From NCBI RefSeq assembly GCF_013694095.1, contig NZ_JACEFB010000004.1, positions 97,638 through 161,637 on the forward strand: 64,000 bases of DNA, written 5' to 3'. This document shows positions 50,558 to 60,461 of the stretch, piece after piece. A program made the translations under genes and the position numbers. Origin of the DNA: Thermogemmata fonticola (lineage in GTDB: Bacteria > Planctomycetota > Planctomycetia > Gemmatales > Gemmataceae). How positions within the stretch are numbered: the first letter of the stretch is position 1; every line of letters begins with the position of its first letter. The notes beneath the pieces were generated by a model that did not search any database, was not told where the DNA came from, and was given only the letters and a program-made list of their open reading frames with translations.

Positions 50558-51993
50558 CCGTGGCGACGACTGTGGAACTGGATCACCGCAAGCGCCCGCC
50601 GGCCGGCTCTGGGCTGCCGCTGGAACCGGAGATGCACCCGCTGGTGCAGCGGCCCCACACGTTGGTGTCGGTGGGTGAGGCCCTGGGAGATGTGGTGTTC
50701 AAGCCCCACCCCCGCGGCTGGTGGCTCGGCTTTCTCGCTGGCTTCGCCTTGCTCCAGATGCTGCTGGTGGCCATCGCCTGGCTCTTCTACATGGGTGTGG
50801 GCATCTGGGGCATTAACGTTCCCGTGGCTTGGGGATTCGCCATCGTCAACTTCGTCTGGTGGATCGGCATCGGCCACGCGGGCACCCTCATCTCCGCCAT
50901 CTTGTTGCTCATGCATCAGAAATGGCGGACCAGCATCAACCGCTTCTCGGAAGCTATGACCATCTTCGCCGTCATGTGCGCGGGGATGTTCCCCCTGCTG
51001 CACATGGGCCGGCCGTGGTTCTTCTACTGGCTTTACCCCTTCCCCAACGTCGCCGGTGTCTACCCGCAGTTCCGCAGCCCGCTGACCTGGGACGTGTTCG
51101 CAGTCACCACCTATTTCACCGTCTCGCTGGTCTTCTGGTACATTGGGCTGATCCCGGACCTGGCCTCGCTGCGGGACTCGGCGCCCAAGCGCATCCAGCG
51201 GATCATTTACGGCATTTTAGCGCTGGGATGGCGCGGCTCGGCCATCCACTGGCGGCGCTACGAGAAGGTGTATCTGCTACTGGCCGGCCTCTCCACGCCG
51301 CTGGTCTTGTCCGTGCACACGGTGGTGAGCTTCGACTTCGCCGTCTCCATCGTGCCGCTCTGGCATGCAACCATCTTCCCCCCCTTCTTCGTAGCCGGGG
51401 CGATCTTCTCTGGATTTGCCATGGTGGTGGCTTTGGCCATTCCGGTCCGCCGCTGGTACCACCTGGAAGATTTCATCACGGACCACCATCTGGATTTGTG
51501 CGGCAAGGTGATGCTGGCGACCGGCATGCTGGTGTGCTACGGCTACTTCAGCGAAGTCTGGATGGCCTGGTACGGCCACTCCCTCTACGAATGGGGCACG
51601 ACCATCGAGCGGCTCTTCGGCCCTTACGGCTGGTCGTATTGGTGCTTGATCTTCTGCAATTTGGTCGTGCCGCAGATTCTCTGGTCCCGGCGGGCACGTC
51701 GCAGCGACTTCTGGCTGATGGTGGTGTCGATCTTCGTCCTTATTGGCATGTGGTTTGAGCGGTACGTGATCGTGATCACGCTCAGTCGCGAATATATTCC
51801 GGCGGCCTGGGGCCGTTATGCACCGACGGTGTGGGATTACGCCACGATGCTCGGCTCCCTGGGCCTGTTCCTGACGTTATTTTTCCTATTCGTGCGGTAC
51901 TTGCCGATGATCTCAATGGCGGAAATGCGGGAACTGCTGCCGAAACGTCAGGGCGGCGGCGGTGGCCACTCGATTATGGAGAACGCTCCGTGA
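50554..51993 (+). CDS. actC: Alternative complex III subunit ActC (NrfD/PsrC-like polytopic membrane quinol-interacting subunit)
   Basis: Ten TM helices. ATGA overlap with the actB stop. Position within the act operon. Confidence 0.8.
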   Translation: MTVATTVELDHRKRPPAGSGLPLEPEMHPLVQRPHTLVSVGEALGDVVFKPHPRGWWLGFLAGFALLQMLLVAIAWLFYMGVGIWGINVPVAWGFAIVNFVWWIGIGHAGTLISAILLLMHQKWRTSINRFSEAMTIFAVMCAGMFPLLHMGRPWFFYWLYPFPNVAGVYPQFRSPLTWDVFAVTTYFTVSLVFWYIGLIPDLASLRDSAPKRIQRIIYGILALGWRGSAIHWRRYEKVYLLLAGLSTPLVLSVHTVVSFDFAVSIVPLWHATIFPPFFVAGAIFSGFAMVVALAIPVRRWYHLEDFITDHHLDLCGKVMLATGMLVCYGYFSEVWMAWYGHSLYEWGTTIERLFGPYGWSYWCLIFCNLVVPQILWSRRARRSDFWLMVVSIFVLIGMWFERYVIVITLSREYIPAAWGRYAPTVWDYATMLGSLGLFLTLFFLFVRYLPMISMAEMRELLPKRQGGGGGHSIMENAP

Positions 51994-52559
51994 ACCCAGC
52001 CGAGACTCCCTCTGGAGCGGGTCTGACCCCGGCGAAACTCTACGGCTTGCTGGCCGAGTTTGAAACCAGCGAGCAGATGGTCGAGGCGGCCCGCCGTGCC
52101 AAAGAGAAGGGGTACACCTACCTGGACTGCTACAGCCCCTATCCGGTGGGGGAAGCCGCCGATGCCCTGGGCTTCCCCAAATCGGAGATGGGCACCGTGA
52201 TGTTCCTGGGCGGCCTGACCGGCGCCGTCTCCGGCTTCCTGATGCAATACTGGGCCAATGCCTACGGCTACAGCCTCAACATCGGCAGCCGGCCGTATTT
52301 CAGTTGGCCTTCGTTTGTGCCGGTCACCTTCGAGATGATGGTGCTGACCGCGGCCCTGACCGGCCTGTTCGGGCTGATCGCCATCTGCGGCCTGCCCTGC
52401 TATTACCATCCGCTGTTCCATAGCGAACGGTTCGCCCGGGCGACACGGGATCGCTTTTTCCTGTGCATCGAGGCTAGCGATCCGCGCTTCGATCCGGTGG
52501 CGACCCGCGAATTCCTCCAGAGCCTGCAACCGCTCTCGGTTGAGGAGGTGCCGGAATGA
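51990..52559 (+). CDS. actD: Alternative complex III subunit ActD
   Basis: GTG start overlapping the actC stop (GTGA). Two C-terminal TM helices. Position and size match ActD (DUF3341). Confidence 0.6.
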   Translation: MNPAETPSGAGLTPAKLYGLLAEFETSEQMVEAARRAKEKGYTYLDCYSPYPVGEAADALGFPKSEMGTVMFLGGLTGAVSGFLMQYWANAYGYSLNIGSRPYFSWPSFVPVTFEMMVLTAALTGLFGLIAICGLPCYYHPLFHSERFARATRDRFFLCIEASDPRFDPVATREFLQSLQPLSVEEVPE

Positions 52560-53410
52560 CGCCGCTATTGCCGCTCTTAGACCGCTTTGCCGCTCGGCTG
52601 CGCCGGCTCCCCCGTTCGGGTCTGCTGCTTTTGGCCGCTTGCGCCTGGGCGAGTCTGTCCAGCGGCTGCCGCCAGAAAATGGCCGACCAGCCCTATTACC
52701 GGCCTTACGAACCGAGCGACTTTTTCGCCGATGGCCGCTCCGCCCGGCCCCTGGAGCGCGGCGTCATTCACCGGGCACAGTACCTGGAGACTGACCCCAT
52801 CGCTACCGGCTTGACGCTGGAAGAATGGCAGCGGGCCTATGCCTTGGCCGCCAATCCGACCGTGGACCTGAAAACGCCCACGCCGATAGAGAATCGGGAC
52901 CTGGCGGTCGGTGCGCCGCGCTTCGATCCGCGAGACAAAGACAAACCGAAGGTGTACGTGGAGGAGTTTCCTTTCCCGCTGACGGAGGCCGATCTGCGTC
53001 GAGGCCAGGAGCGTTACACCATCTACTGCGCGGTGTGCCACGGTCCCCTGGGCAATGGACAGGGGAAAATCTGGGAGCGGGGCTACTTGACGCCCACCTC
53101 CTTCCACACCGAGAAAGTCTCGCCGCAGGAAATCGACGTGCCCAATCCCTCGGACATTCCCCTGGGATATTCCCGCGGCTATGCCCTGTGGGGGATCAAA
53201 ATCCCTCTGCGGGAAGCTCCGATCGGCTACTATTTTGAGGTGATTACCAAGGGTTATGGGGGCATGCCCAGCTACGCAGCCCAGATAGCACCGGCGGATC
53301 GCTGGCGGATCATCGCCTATATCCGCGTGTTGCAATGGAGCCAGCGTCTGCCGGCGGACTGGCTGCCCCCGGATGTGCGCTCCCAACTGGACGCGGGAGG
53401 TCAGAAGTGA
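52556..53410 (+). CDS. actE: Alternative complex III subunit ActE (monoheme cytochrome c lipoprotein)
   Basis: Lipobox 'LSSGC'. Single 'CAVCHG' heme motif with downstream Met. ATGA overlap with the actD stop. Confidence 0.7.
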   Translation: MTPLLPLLDRFAARLRRLPRSGLLLLAACAWASLSSGCRQKMADQPYYRPYEPSDFFADGRSARPLERGVIHRAQYLETDPIATGLTLEEWQRAYALAANPTVDLKTPTPIENRDLAVGAPRFDPRDKDKPKVYVEEFPFPLTEADLRRGQERYTIYCAVCHGPLGNGQGKIWERGYLTPTSFHTEKVSPQEIDVPNPSDIPLGYSRGYALWGIKIPLREAPIGYYFEVITKGYGGMPSYAAQIAPADRWRIIAYIRVLQWSQRLPADWLPPDVRSQLDAGGQK

Positions 53411-54933
53411 GTCACGATCCCGCCTTGCACGCAGCGCCGGGTAACAACGGCAACACCGGCAACGGCCCTGGAGAGGCTCCCGAAGCCTTCGCCAGCCTCA
53501 AGCGCCTGGCCTTGTCGGCCCTGATCGCCGGAGTGGCCTTGTATCTGGTCACTGGCGTGGCGTACCAAGCCTCTCTCAGCAGCGACAGTCCGGCCCGGCA
53601 TACGGCCCAGCAGCGCTTCGCCACCGCCTTCCTGACCAGTTACATCTACTGGCTCAGCCTGCCCATCGGAGCGATGACCCTGCTGATGATCTCCTACCTG
53701 GTCAAAAGCTCCTGGGGTGTGCTGCTGCGTCGGTTCCTGGAGGCGGCCACGCGCACCTTCCCGCTCTTCGTCGTGCTGTTCATTCCCTGGGCTTACATTG
53801 CCAGCACGGACCTGTCCCCCTACTGGTGGACCAAGCCGCACGAAGCCCAGCCGCCCGAAGGCGCCGCGGCTAGCCCCCAGCAACAACTCGCCACCGGCAA
53901 CCCGGACAAGCGCCAGCTTACGGAAGATGTCGGCAAGGCGATGATCCGCCGGGCGATCGAAAAAGAGCGCGAACTGCGGGAAAAAGGCACCTTCAGCTTC
54001 CTTTCTCTGCCAGCGTTCATCGGTACCGCCATCGTTCTGTTCGCGATCTGGGGCACGCTCATTTACCTGCTCAACCGCTGGGGCCAGGAGGCCTCTACCC
54101 TTCCGGACAATCCCAATAATCCGGAGGAAGTGCAAGCGGCGCAGGATAAGGTCGATGCCGCCCTGGAGAAGCTCAAGAACATCTCCGGGCCGGGGATCAT
54201 CATCTACGCCCTGACGATGACCGCAGGGGCGACCCATTGGGTCATGTCCCTGGAGCCAAGCTGGTCCTCCACCATGTTCCCGGTGGTCTTCGGCATCAAT
54301 CAATTCCTGACCTGCTTCGCCCTCTGCCTGGCGAGTTTCCTCTACTTCTCCCCTTATTCGCCGATCCGCGAGGTGCTCAAACCCAAGTTCCAGCTCGATA
54401 TGGGTTCGCTCATGCTGGCCATGACCTTGCTGTGGTCCTACACCTCGTTCTCCCAGTTCATGCTGGTGTGGATCGGCAACCTGCCGGAGGAGATTCCCTT
54501 TTATCTCAAGCGTTCCGTGCCGCAGTACGGGCTGTGGTGGTGGGTCTCGGTCATTCTGATCTTCTTCCACTTTGCCCTGCCGTTTGTGCTGCTGTTGTTC
54601 CGCAAGATCAAGCTGCATCCGGTGCGTCTGCGGCTGATGGCCATCTACCTGTGCGTGATCTGCGCGATCGACGTGACGTGGTGGATTGAACCGGTCCTGC
54701 TTCACGAGGGAACCTTCCCCTTCTGGCTGATGGATGTGGGAGCGATCGTCGGCCTGGGCGGTCTGTGGGGCTGGCTGTGGCTCTACTTCCTCCAGCAGCG
54801 GTCGCTCGTGGTCCAGGCGCAAACCTTCTGGCTGCCGGAAGCCCACGCCCATGTGGCCGACCAGCCGGAGCATGCCGCCCCAGCCGGACATGGACATGGA
54901 GACCAAGCCCATGCCATACCGGAGGGACATTGA
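53407..54933 (+). CDS. actF: Alternative complex III subunit ActF (second NrfD-like membrane subunit)
   Basis: GTG start overlapping the actE stop (GTGA). About ten TM helices. Paralogous topology to ActC. Confidence 0.7.
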   Translation: MSHDPALHAAPGNNGNTGNGPGEAPEAFASLKRLALSALIAGVALYLVTGVAYQASLSSDSPARHTAQQRFATAFLTSYIYWLSLPIGAMTLLMISYLVKSSWGVLLRRFLEAATRTFPLFVVLFIPWAYIASTDLSPYWWTKPHEAQPPEGAAASPQQQLATGNPDKRQLTEDVGKAMIRRAIEKERELREKGTFSFLSLPAFIGTAIVLFAIWGTLIYLLNRWGQEASTLPDNPNNPEEVQAAQDKVDAALEKLKNISGPGIIIYALTMTAGATHWVMSLEPSWSSTMFPVVFGINQFLTCFALCLASFLYFSPYSPIREVLKPKFQLDMGSLMLAMTLLWSYTSFSQFMLVWIGNLPEEIPFYLKRSVPQYGLWWWVSVILIFFHFALPFVLLLFRKIKLHPVRLRLMAIYLCVICAIDVTWWIEPVLLHEGTFPFWLMDVGAIVGLGGLWGWLWLYFLQQRSLVVQAQTFWLPEAHAHVADQPEHAAPAGHGHGDQAHAIPEGH

Positions 54934-55221
54934 CACCGGAGGAACATTGACGTTACGGACCCCAAGGGCCAGACACAAGCCCCCACCGGCTAGAGTGGAT
55001 CCGGCATAGCCGGACGTTGACCCCGAAAGCCGGACGTTCACCCCAAAGGCCATACACCTAGCCGTAGGAGGAAAAATGAGCCGGGGGTGGGAGAATAAAA
55101 AGGTTCGCAGAAAGAGAAATCCTCTGGGACACGGAATGCCATCCGCGGTAAGCCGCCGCTTGGAGGAAGGAGTACCGAGGGTTCCAGAGCCAAAGCGGGA
55201 ACTGTGGGAGAAGGGAAGATC

Positions 55222-56049
55222 ATGACGAGCCGTGAGTCAGAGCGTTCGGGCCACGAGGAGCATGGCGGTCCAGTCCTGGCGCAGCCTGCCCCCGAAGTGA
55301 TCGCCCGCGGTCACGAGGAGGACGGGTACGATCCAGTCAGTGTTTGGAGCGTTCCGCTTCTGGTGGTGCTGTTTTTCGTGCTGGCGTTCGTGACCACGAC
55401 GATCCTGTTTTACTACCTGGCGCCCCAGCCGGCGCAGCCGGAGACTCATCCCCTGGCGGCCGAGCGGAACAAGGCCCCGCTCGAGGAGCGCTTGGCCCGG
55501 ATCACCCGCGGCGGGGAGGTGGACCAACCCCGCTTGGAGCCTCTGCGCATCCGCACGGGCGATGCCCGAGCTATCACCCGGCCCGAAGCCCCGGTCGGCA
55601 ATTCGCCGGAGATTCACCCCGAAGACTTGCGTCCCTCGCCGACCACCACGCCGGACCTTTACCGCAGCGGCTGGCTGGACCCCAACAAGAGTGTGGCGCG
55701 TGTAACCATTGATCAGGCCCTGCGTCTCTCTCTAGAGAGGAATCTTCTGCCGGTGCGCAAGGAAGCGATGGCGCCGTGGCGTTCGACGCAACTGCCCACC
55801 GCAGCTAACGCCGGCCGGGGCCAAACGGGGGAGACCTCGGCCTCCGAAGGTCGCCGCTCCGGAGCGCAGGCCCCCTCTGGAAAGCCGCCCGGCAGTGCGC
55901 CCCCAGTTACGTCCACGGGCAAGAAGACACCGGAAGACAAGGCACCGGATAAGAAGGCGGCTTCCCCCGGCAGTGAGACGCCCCAGGGTTCCAGCCGCTC
56001 GCCGGAGCCGACCCTGCCGCAGGCCCCTGCGCCGCGGCCCAACCAATGA
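55222..56049 (+). CDS. Hypothetical single-TM membrane protein with Pro/Ser-rich C-terminus (ActG-position gene between actF and sco)
   Basis: ATG at 55222. TM 'VWSVPLLVVLFFVLAFVTTTILFYYL'. Its stop overlaps the sco ATG (ATGA). Confidence 0.4.
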   Translation: MTSRESERSGHEEHGGPVLAQPAPEVIARGHEEDGYDPVSVWSVPLLVVLFFVLAFVTTTILFYYLAPQPAQPETHPLAAERNKAPLEERLARITRGGEVDQPRLEPLRIRTGDARAITRPEAPVGNSPEIHPEDLRPSPTTTPDLYRSGWLDPNKSVARVTIDQALRLSLERNLLPVRKEAMAPWRSTQLPTAANAGRGQTGETSASEGRRSGAQAPSGKPPGSAPPVTSTGKKTPEDKAPDKKAASPGSETPQGSSRSPEPTLPQAPAPRPNQ

Positions 56050-57053
56050 CTCCAGCACGGACACCCCACGAGATGAACTCCATGCTCCGCGGTTTCTTCG
56101 GCTTACTGATCGTGCTCATGGTGGCAGCCCTTTTTGCCATCGCCCGCGCCCAACCGCGCGTGGAAGCCGGAGTCGATGAACGCATCGGCGTGCAGGTGCC
56201 CCTCGATTTGCCCCTGCGAGATGAACAGGATCAGCCGATCACCCTCCGGGAGTGCATGGCGGGCAAGCCGACGATTCTGGTGCCGATGTACTACCGCTGC
56301 CCGATGAATTGCAACCTCATTCTGCGCGGCCTGGTGGAGACGCTCCGCGAGATGCCCCAGAACTTCTCGGTGGGCCAGCAATTTCACGTCGTCTGCCTGA
56401 GCTTCGACCACCGGGAGCACGGCGACCTGGCCCGCGCCAAAAAAGAGGTCACCCTCCAGGAATACGGCCGGCCCGGCGCGGAAAGCGGCTGGCGCTTCCT
56501 CACAGGCAGCCAAGAGTCCATCGCCCAGACCATGGACGCCATCGGCTACCGCTTCGAGTTCGATAAAGCCTACAAGGAATACAACCATCCCAGCGCCATC
56601 ATCTTGCTGTCCCCGCAGGGGTTAACCACTCGCTACTTTTACGGTTTCAAATACGACGGAGAAATTCCCGTCCAGGGCGACATGATCGAATTGCCGGATG
56701 GCACGCGCAAAGTGCCGACGACCACGCTGCGGCTGTCGATCATCGAAGCCGCCGAGGGCAAAGGCGGTTCGGTCCTGGACCGCTTGATTCTGCTCTGCTA
56801 CCGCTTCGATCACTTGAACAAAGGATATTCGCTCAACGTGCTGCGTGTGGTGCAATTCGGGGGACTGCTGACTCTGGGGCTGCTGATTGTGGGGGTGGGG
56901 CTAGCCCTGTGGCGGGAGCGTCGCCAGGCGCCGGCCGCTGCAACCCTCGCCGCGGTGCGCAACCCACCGGCTGTCGGCCCCTCTGTTGGCTCCCCCTGGG
57001 CATCCCCCCAGCCTGATTCCAGTGACGGCAAGCCGTCAGGAGGTTCCGCGTGA
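56046..57053 (+). CDS. SCO1/SenC family copper chaperone with C-terminal TM anchor
   Basis: N-terminal TM, 'YYRCPMNC' CxxxC copper-binding motif, thioredoxin-like fold. Directly upstream of coxB. Confidence 0.75.
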   Translation: MTPARTPHEMNSMLRGFFGLLIVLMVAALFAIARAQPRVEAGVDERIGVQVPLDLPLRDEQDQPITLRECMAGKPTILVPMYYRCPMNCNLILRGLVETLREMPQNFSVGQQFHVVCLSFDHREHGDLARAKKEVTLQEYGRPGAESGWRFLTGSQESIAQTMDAIGYRFEFDKAYKEYNHPSAIILLSPQGLTTRYFYGFKYDGEIPVQGDMIELPDGTRKVPTTTLRLSIIEAAEGKGGSVLDRLILLCYRFDHLNKGYSLNVLRVVQFGGLLTLGLLIVGVGLALWRERRQAPAAATLAAVRNPPAVGPSVGSPWASPQPDSSDGKPSGGSA

Positions 57054-58144
57054 GCTACCTGCTGCCTTTCATTCCGGAGCGCGCCTCGGTTCTGGCGGAC
57101 CGCTTTGAAGCCCTCTTCTGGTACATCACCCTGACCACGGCCACGGCTGGCCTTCTGGTCTACGCCTTCATCGTGTACTGCTGCATTAAGTACCGGCGCT
57201 CCGTCTCGCCCGGCACCACGCCTCGCATTCTCGGCTCGCATCGGCTGGAGATTGCCTGGACCATCATCCCCACCATCATCTTCTTCACCTTTTACGGCTG
57301 GGGAGTAGCGGTGTATAACTACGCCTTCCATCCGCCGGAAGATGCCCTGGAGATTTTCGTCATCGGCAAGCAGTGGATGTGGAAGGCCCAGTATCCGACG
57401 GGCCAGCGGGTGATCATCGGCGGCAATCCGGCCAACATGACCGAAGCGGAACGTGCCAGCATCGGCCGGCTCGTTGTGCCCATCAACCGCCCCATCAAGG
57501 TCACTCTGACCTCGGAAGATGTGATTCACAACTTCGGCATTCCGGCCTTCCGCAGCAAAATGGACGTTCTGCCTGGACGTTACACCACCTCCTGGTTCCA
57601 ACCGACGAAACTGGGAGAGTTCCACATCTACTGCGACCAGTACTGCGGCACGTGGCACTCCCTGATGGTGGGGAAAGTAGCCGTGGTCACGCAAGAGGAG
57701 TTTGAAGACTTCCTTCTGGGCGCGAAAAATCCCCAGGGGAGCGAGAATGCGGTGGACGGCTCTCTAGCCGCCCAAGGCCGGCAATTGTTCCTGAAGTTGC
57801 AGTGCAGCACTTGTCACACGGCCAAGCCGACCGCCCGTGCCCCCGTGCTGGAAGGACTCTACGGCAGCAAAGTCCCCCTCAAAGGCAACCGCACGGAAAT
57901 CGCCGACGAACAGTACATTATCGAGTCGATCCTCAAGCCACGGGCCAAAGTCGTCGAGGGCTGGGAACCGATCATGCCCTCCTACGAAGGGCAGGTGACG
58001 GCTGAGGACCTGGCGGCCCTGGTCCAATATATCCGCAGCCTCAAGCGCGGCACCACGCCGGACCGCACCGAAGACTTCCCGGTCCCCGTGGGCGCTCCCA
58101 CCGAGCGGCCTGAACCCATCTCCCCAACTAAGGAAAAGAAGTGA
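57050..58144 (+). CDS. coxB: Cytochrome c oxidase subunit II with fused C-terminal cytochrome c (caa3-type)
   Basis: Two N-terminal TMs. CuA ligands 'HNFGIPAF...YCDQYCGTWHSLM'. C-terminal 'CSTCHT' heme-c motif. GTG start overlapping the sco stop. Confidence 0.85.
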   Translation: MSYLLPFIPERASVLADRFEALFWYITLTTATAGLLVYAFIVYCCIKYRRSVSPGTTPRILGSHRLEIAWTIIPTIIFFTFYGWGVAVYNYAFHPPEDALEIFVIGKQWMWKAQYPTGQRVIIGGNPANMTEAERASIGRLVVPINRPIKVTLTSEDVIHNFGIPAFRSKMDVLPGRYTTSWFQPTKLGEFHIYCDQYCGTWHSLMVGKVAVVTQEEFEDFLLGAKNPQGSENAVDGSLAAQGRQLFLKLQCSTCHTAKPTARAPVLEGLYGSKVPLKGNRTEIADEQYIIESILKPRAKVVEGWEPIMPSYEGQVTAEDLAALVQYIRSLKRGTTPDRTEDFPVPVGAPTERPEPISPTKEKK

Positions 58145-58367
58145 GAAGGGAGGACGGCAGGAAAAAAGAATTGAGACAGAAACACCGGAAGACAGGGAAC
58201 AGACGAGGAGCAACCCCAAGCCCCCCGCTACCTGATCCTGGAGCGGGAGCGGAGAGAGCCGCGGAGGACACGCCTGGGGACCGCGACACAGGAAGGCTGG
58301 AGTTGCTGCTACCTTTGTTCAGGCAGTCCGACAAATGCGGTCCGGTCCGGCTGACATGGGGAATACG

Positions 58368-58430
58368 TGAGGGAACGACGCAGGAACGACTGCGAAATTG
58401 AGGAACGATAGCGAAACGAAGGGAACCGCG
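58368..58430. repeat. Short direct repeats (GGAACGA x3-4) in coxB-coxA intergenic spacer
   Basis: 'gggaacgacg caggaacgactg ... gaggaacgatagcgaaacgaagggaacc' read directly from the sequence. Confidence 0.5.
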
Positions 58431-58471
58431 CCCCTTACCGGGAGCGGCATAGCATAGCGAGGGACTGATCG

Positions 58472-60235
58472 ATGAGCGCTACCACCGTTTGGGCTACTCC
58501 CACCACTACTCCGCCTCCGGAACCTCCTCCGGCGGAGCCGAATTATCTCAATCACAACTACAGCATCTGGTCGTGGCTGTTGACCACGGATCACAAGCGG
58601 ATCGGGATTCTGTACTTGATCTCGATCACGCTCTTTTTCGTGGGAGGGGGAATCGCCGCCGGTGTCGTGCGGCTCAATCTGTTGGCACCCAATGGGGCCA
58701 TTGTCACGGAGGACGTGTACAACCGGGCGTTCACGGCGCACGGGGTGCTCATGCTTTTCTTCTTCCTGATCCCTGCCGTTCCTGCGGTGTTCGGCAACTT
58801 TTTCATCCCGATGATGATCGGGGCGAAGGACCTGGCCTTCCCGAAGCTGAACCTGGCGAGCTGGTACGTGTTCATGATCGGGGCGGCGTGTGCGGCCTGG
58901 TCTGTGCTGGTTGGCGGCATCGACACAGGCTGGACGCTCTATCCGCCGTACAGCACGCGAGCCAGTCAGGCTAGCGTCATTCCCGGCGTGCTGGGGGCCT
59001 TCATCTCCGGCTTCAGCTCGATCATGACCGGCCTCAACATCATGGTGACGATCCACAAGATGCGAGCGCCCGGACTGACGTGGAACCGCCTGCCGCTGTT
59101 CGTTTGGGCGCTGTATGCCACCAGTCTGATCCAACTTTTGGCCACGCCGGTGGTAGCGATCTCCCTGGTCTTGATCATGGTGGAGCGGGCTTGGGGCGTC
59201 GGCATCTTCGATCCGAGCATCGGCGGCGACCCGCTGCTGTTCCAGCACCTGTTCTGGTTCTACTCGCATCCGGCGGTGTACATCATGATCCTGCCAGGGA
59301 TGGGAGTTATCAGCGAGGTGATCACCTGCTTCAGCCGCAAAAACATTTTCGGTTACGCAGCGGTGGCCTGGTCGAGCATGGGGATTGCGGTGGTCGGCTT
59401 CCTGCTCTGGGCGCACCACATGTTCGTGGCGGGGATCAGCTTCTACGCGGCCCTGCTCTTCAGCTTCCTCAGCATGCTGGTGGCGGTGCCGTCGGCCATC
59501 AAGGTGTTCAACTGGACGGCGACGCTTTACCGCGGCTCCATCACCTTCCAGGCGCCGATGATCTTCTCGCTGGGGTTCATCTTCCTGTTCACCATCGGCG
59601 GGCTGACCGGTCTGTACCTGGCCACCTTGGGCACGGACATCCACCTGCACGACACCTACTTCGTGGTGGCCCACTTCCACTTCGTCATGGTGGGAGGGAT
59701 GGTCATGGCGTACTTCGCTGCCCTGCACTACTGGTGGCCGAAGATGTTCGGGCGCATGTATTCCGACTGGTGGAGCCGCGTCGCCGCCATGATCATCATC
59801 GTCGGCTTCTTCCTGACCTTCATTCCGCAGTTCGTCATGGGCTACCACGGCATGCCGCGCCGCTATCCGAACTATCCCGCGGAGCTGCATATTCTCAACG
59901 TGATGTCCACAGCGGGCAGCTCCATCCTTGGCCTGGGCTATTTGCTCCCCGCGATCTACCTGACTGTGTCGCTCTTCAACGGTCCCAAGGCGGGAAGCAA
60001 TCCCTGGAGCGCGACCGGTTTGGAATGGCAGACGCCCAGCCCGCCATCGATCCATAACTTCGAGGAAACCCCGGTGGTGGTCTGCGGACCTTACGAATAT
60101 GCAATTGGCGTCGATCAAATGGGGCGGCCCTTGCCGGAAGGACCGGGAGAAGGCGGACCGATCGATCCGGCTTCCCACGCCGGCCACCCCTACCCCGCGG
60201 GACCAGCCCCCAAGGAAACTGAAGTGGTCGGGTGA
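58472..60235 (+). CDS. coxA: Cytochrome c oxidase subunit I
   Basis: Twelve TMs. '[18 protein letters not shown]' (HPEVY-type), 'HHMFVAG' and 'HFHFVMVGG' His ligand blocks. ATG at 58472. Confidence 0.9.
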   Translation: MSATTVWATPTTTPPPEPPPAEPNYLNHNYSIWSWLLTTDHKRIGILYLISITLFFVGGGIAAGVVRLNLLAPNGAIVTEDVYNRAFTAHGVLMLFFFLIPAVPAVFGNFFIPMMIGAKDLAFPKLNLASWYVFMIGAACAAWSVLVGGIDTGWTLYPPYSTRASQASVIPGVLGAFISGFSSIMTGLNIMVTIHKMRAPGLTWNRLPLFVWALYATSLIQLLATPVVAISLVLIMVERAWGVGIFDPSIGGDPLLFQHLFWFYSHPAVYIMILPGMGVISEVITCFSRKNIFGYAAVAWSSMGIAVVGFLLWAHHMFVAGISFYAALLFSFLSMLVAVPSAIKVFNWTATLYRGSITFQAPMIFSLGFIFLFTIGGLTGLYLATLGTDIHLHDTYFVVAHFHFVMVGGMVMAYFAALHYWWPKMFGRMYSDWWSRVAAMIIIVGFFLTFIPQFVMGYHGMPRRYPNYPAELHILNVMSTAGSSILGLGYLLPAIYLTVSLFNGPKAGSNPWSATGLEWQTPSPPSIHNFEETPVVVCGPYEYAIGVDQMGRPLPEGPGEGGPIDPASHAGHPYPAGPAPKETEVVG

Positions 60236-60337
60236 TCCTCCGAAAGCCCCGCTGCTGGCCGAGGATGACCCCAGACCCTAGCCCAGGGCTGCTGCCGGAC
60301 CGAAAAAAGCCACACATAGCGTCGGCGGGCAGTCCCT

Positions 60338-60448
60338 AGGGTTTCTGGAACAACAGAGTTTCTGGGATAATGACCTGAACCCGGTTTCGGAGAACAACAA
60401 CCTCCCGGTTTTCTGAGATAGCAAGCCCGAATTGTCCCCGATAGCAAG
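60338..60448. repeat. Four to five degenerate direct repeats (GGTTTCTGG/GAGA...CAA) in coxA-coxC intergenic spacer
   Basis: 'gggtttctggaacaac', 'gagtttctgggataatg', 'ccggtttcggagaacaac', 'ccggttttctgagatagcaag', 'ccccgatagcaag', immediately upstream of the coxC RBS. Confidence 0.5.
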
Positions 60449-60461
60449 AAGGAGAGCAACG

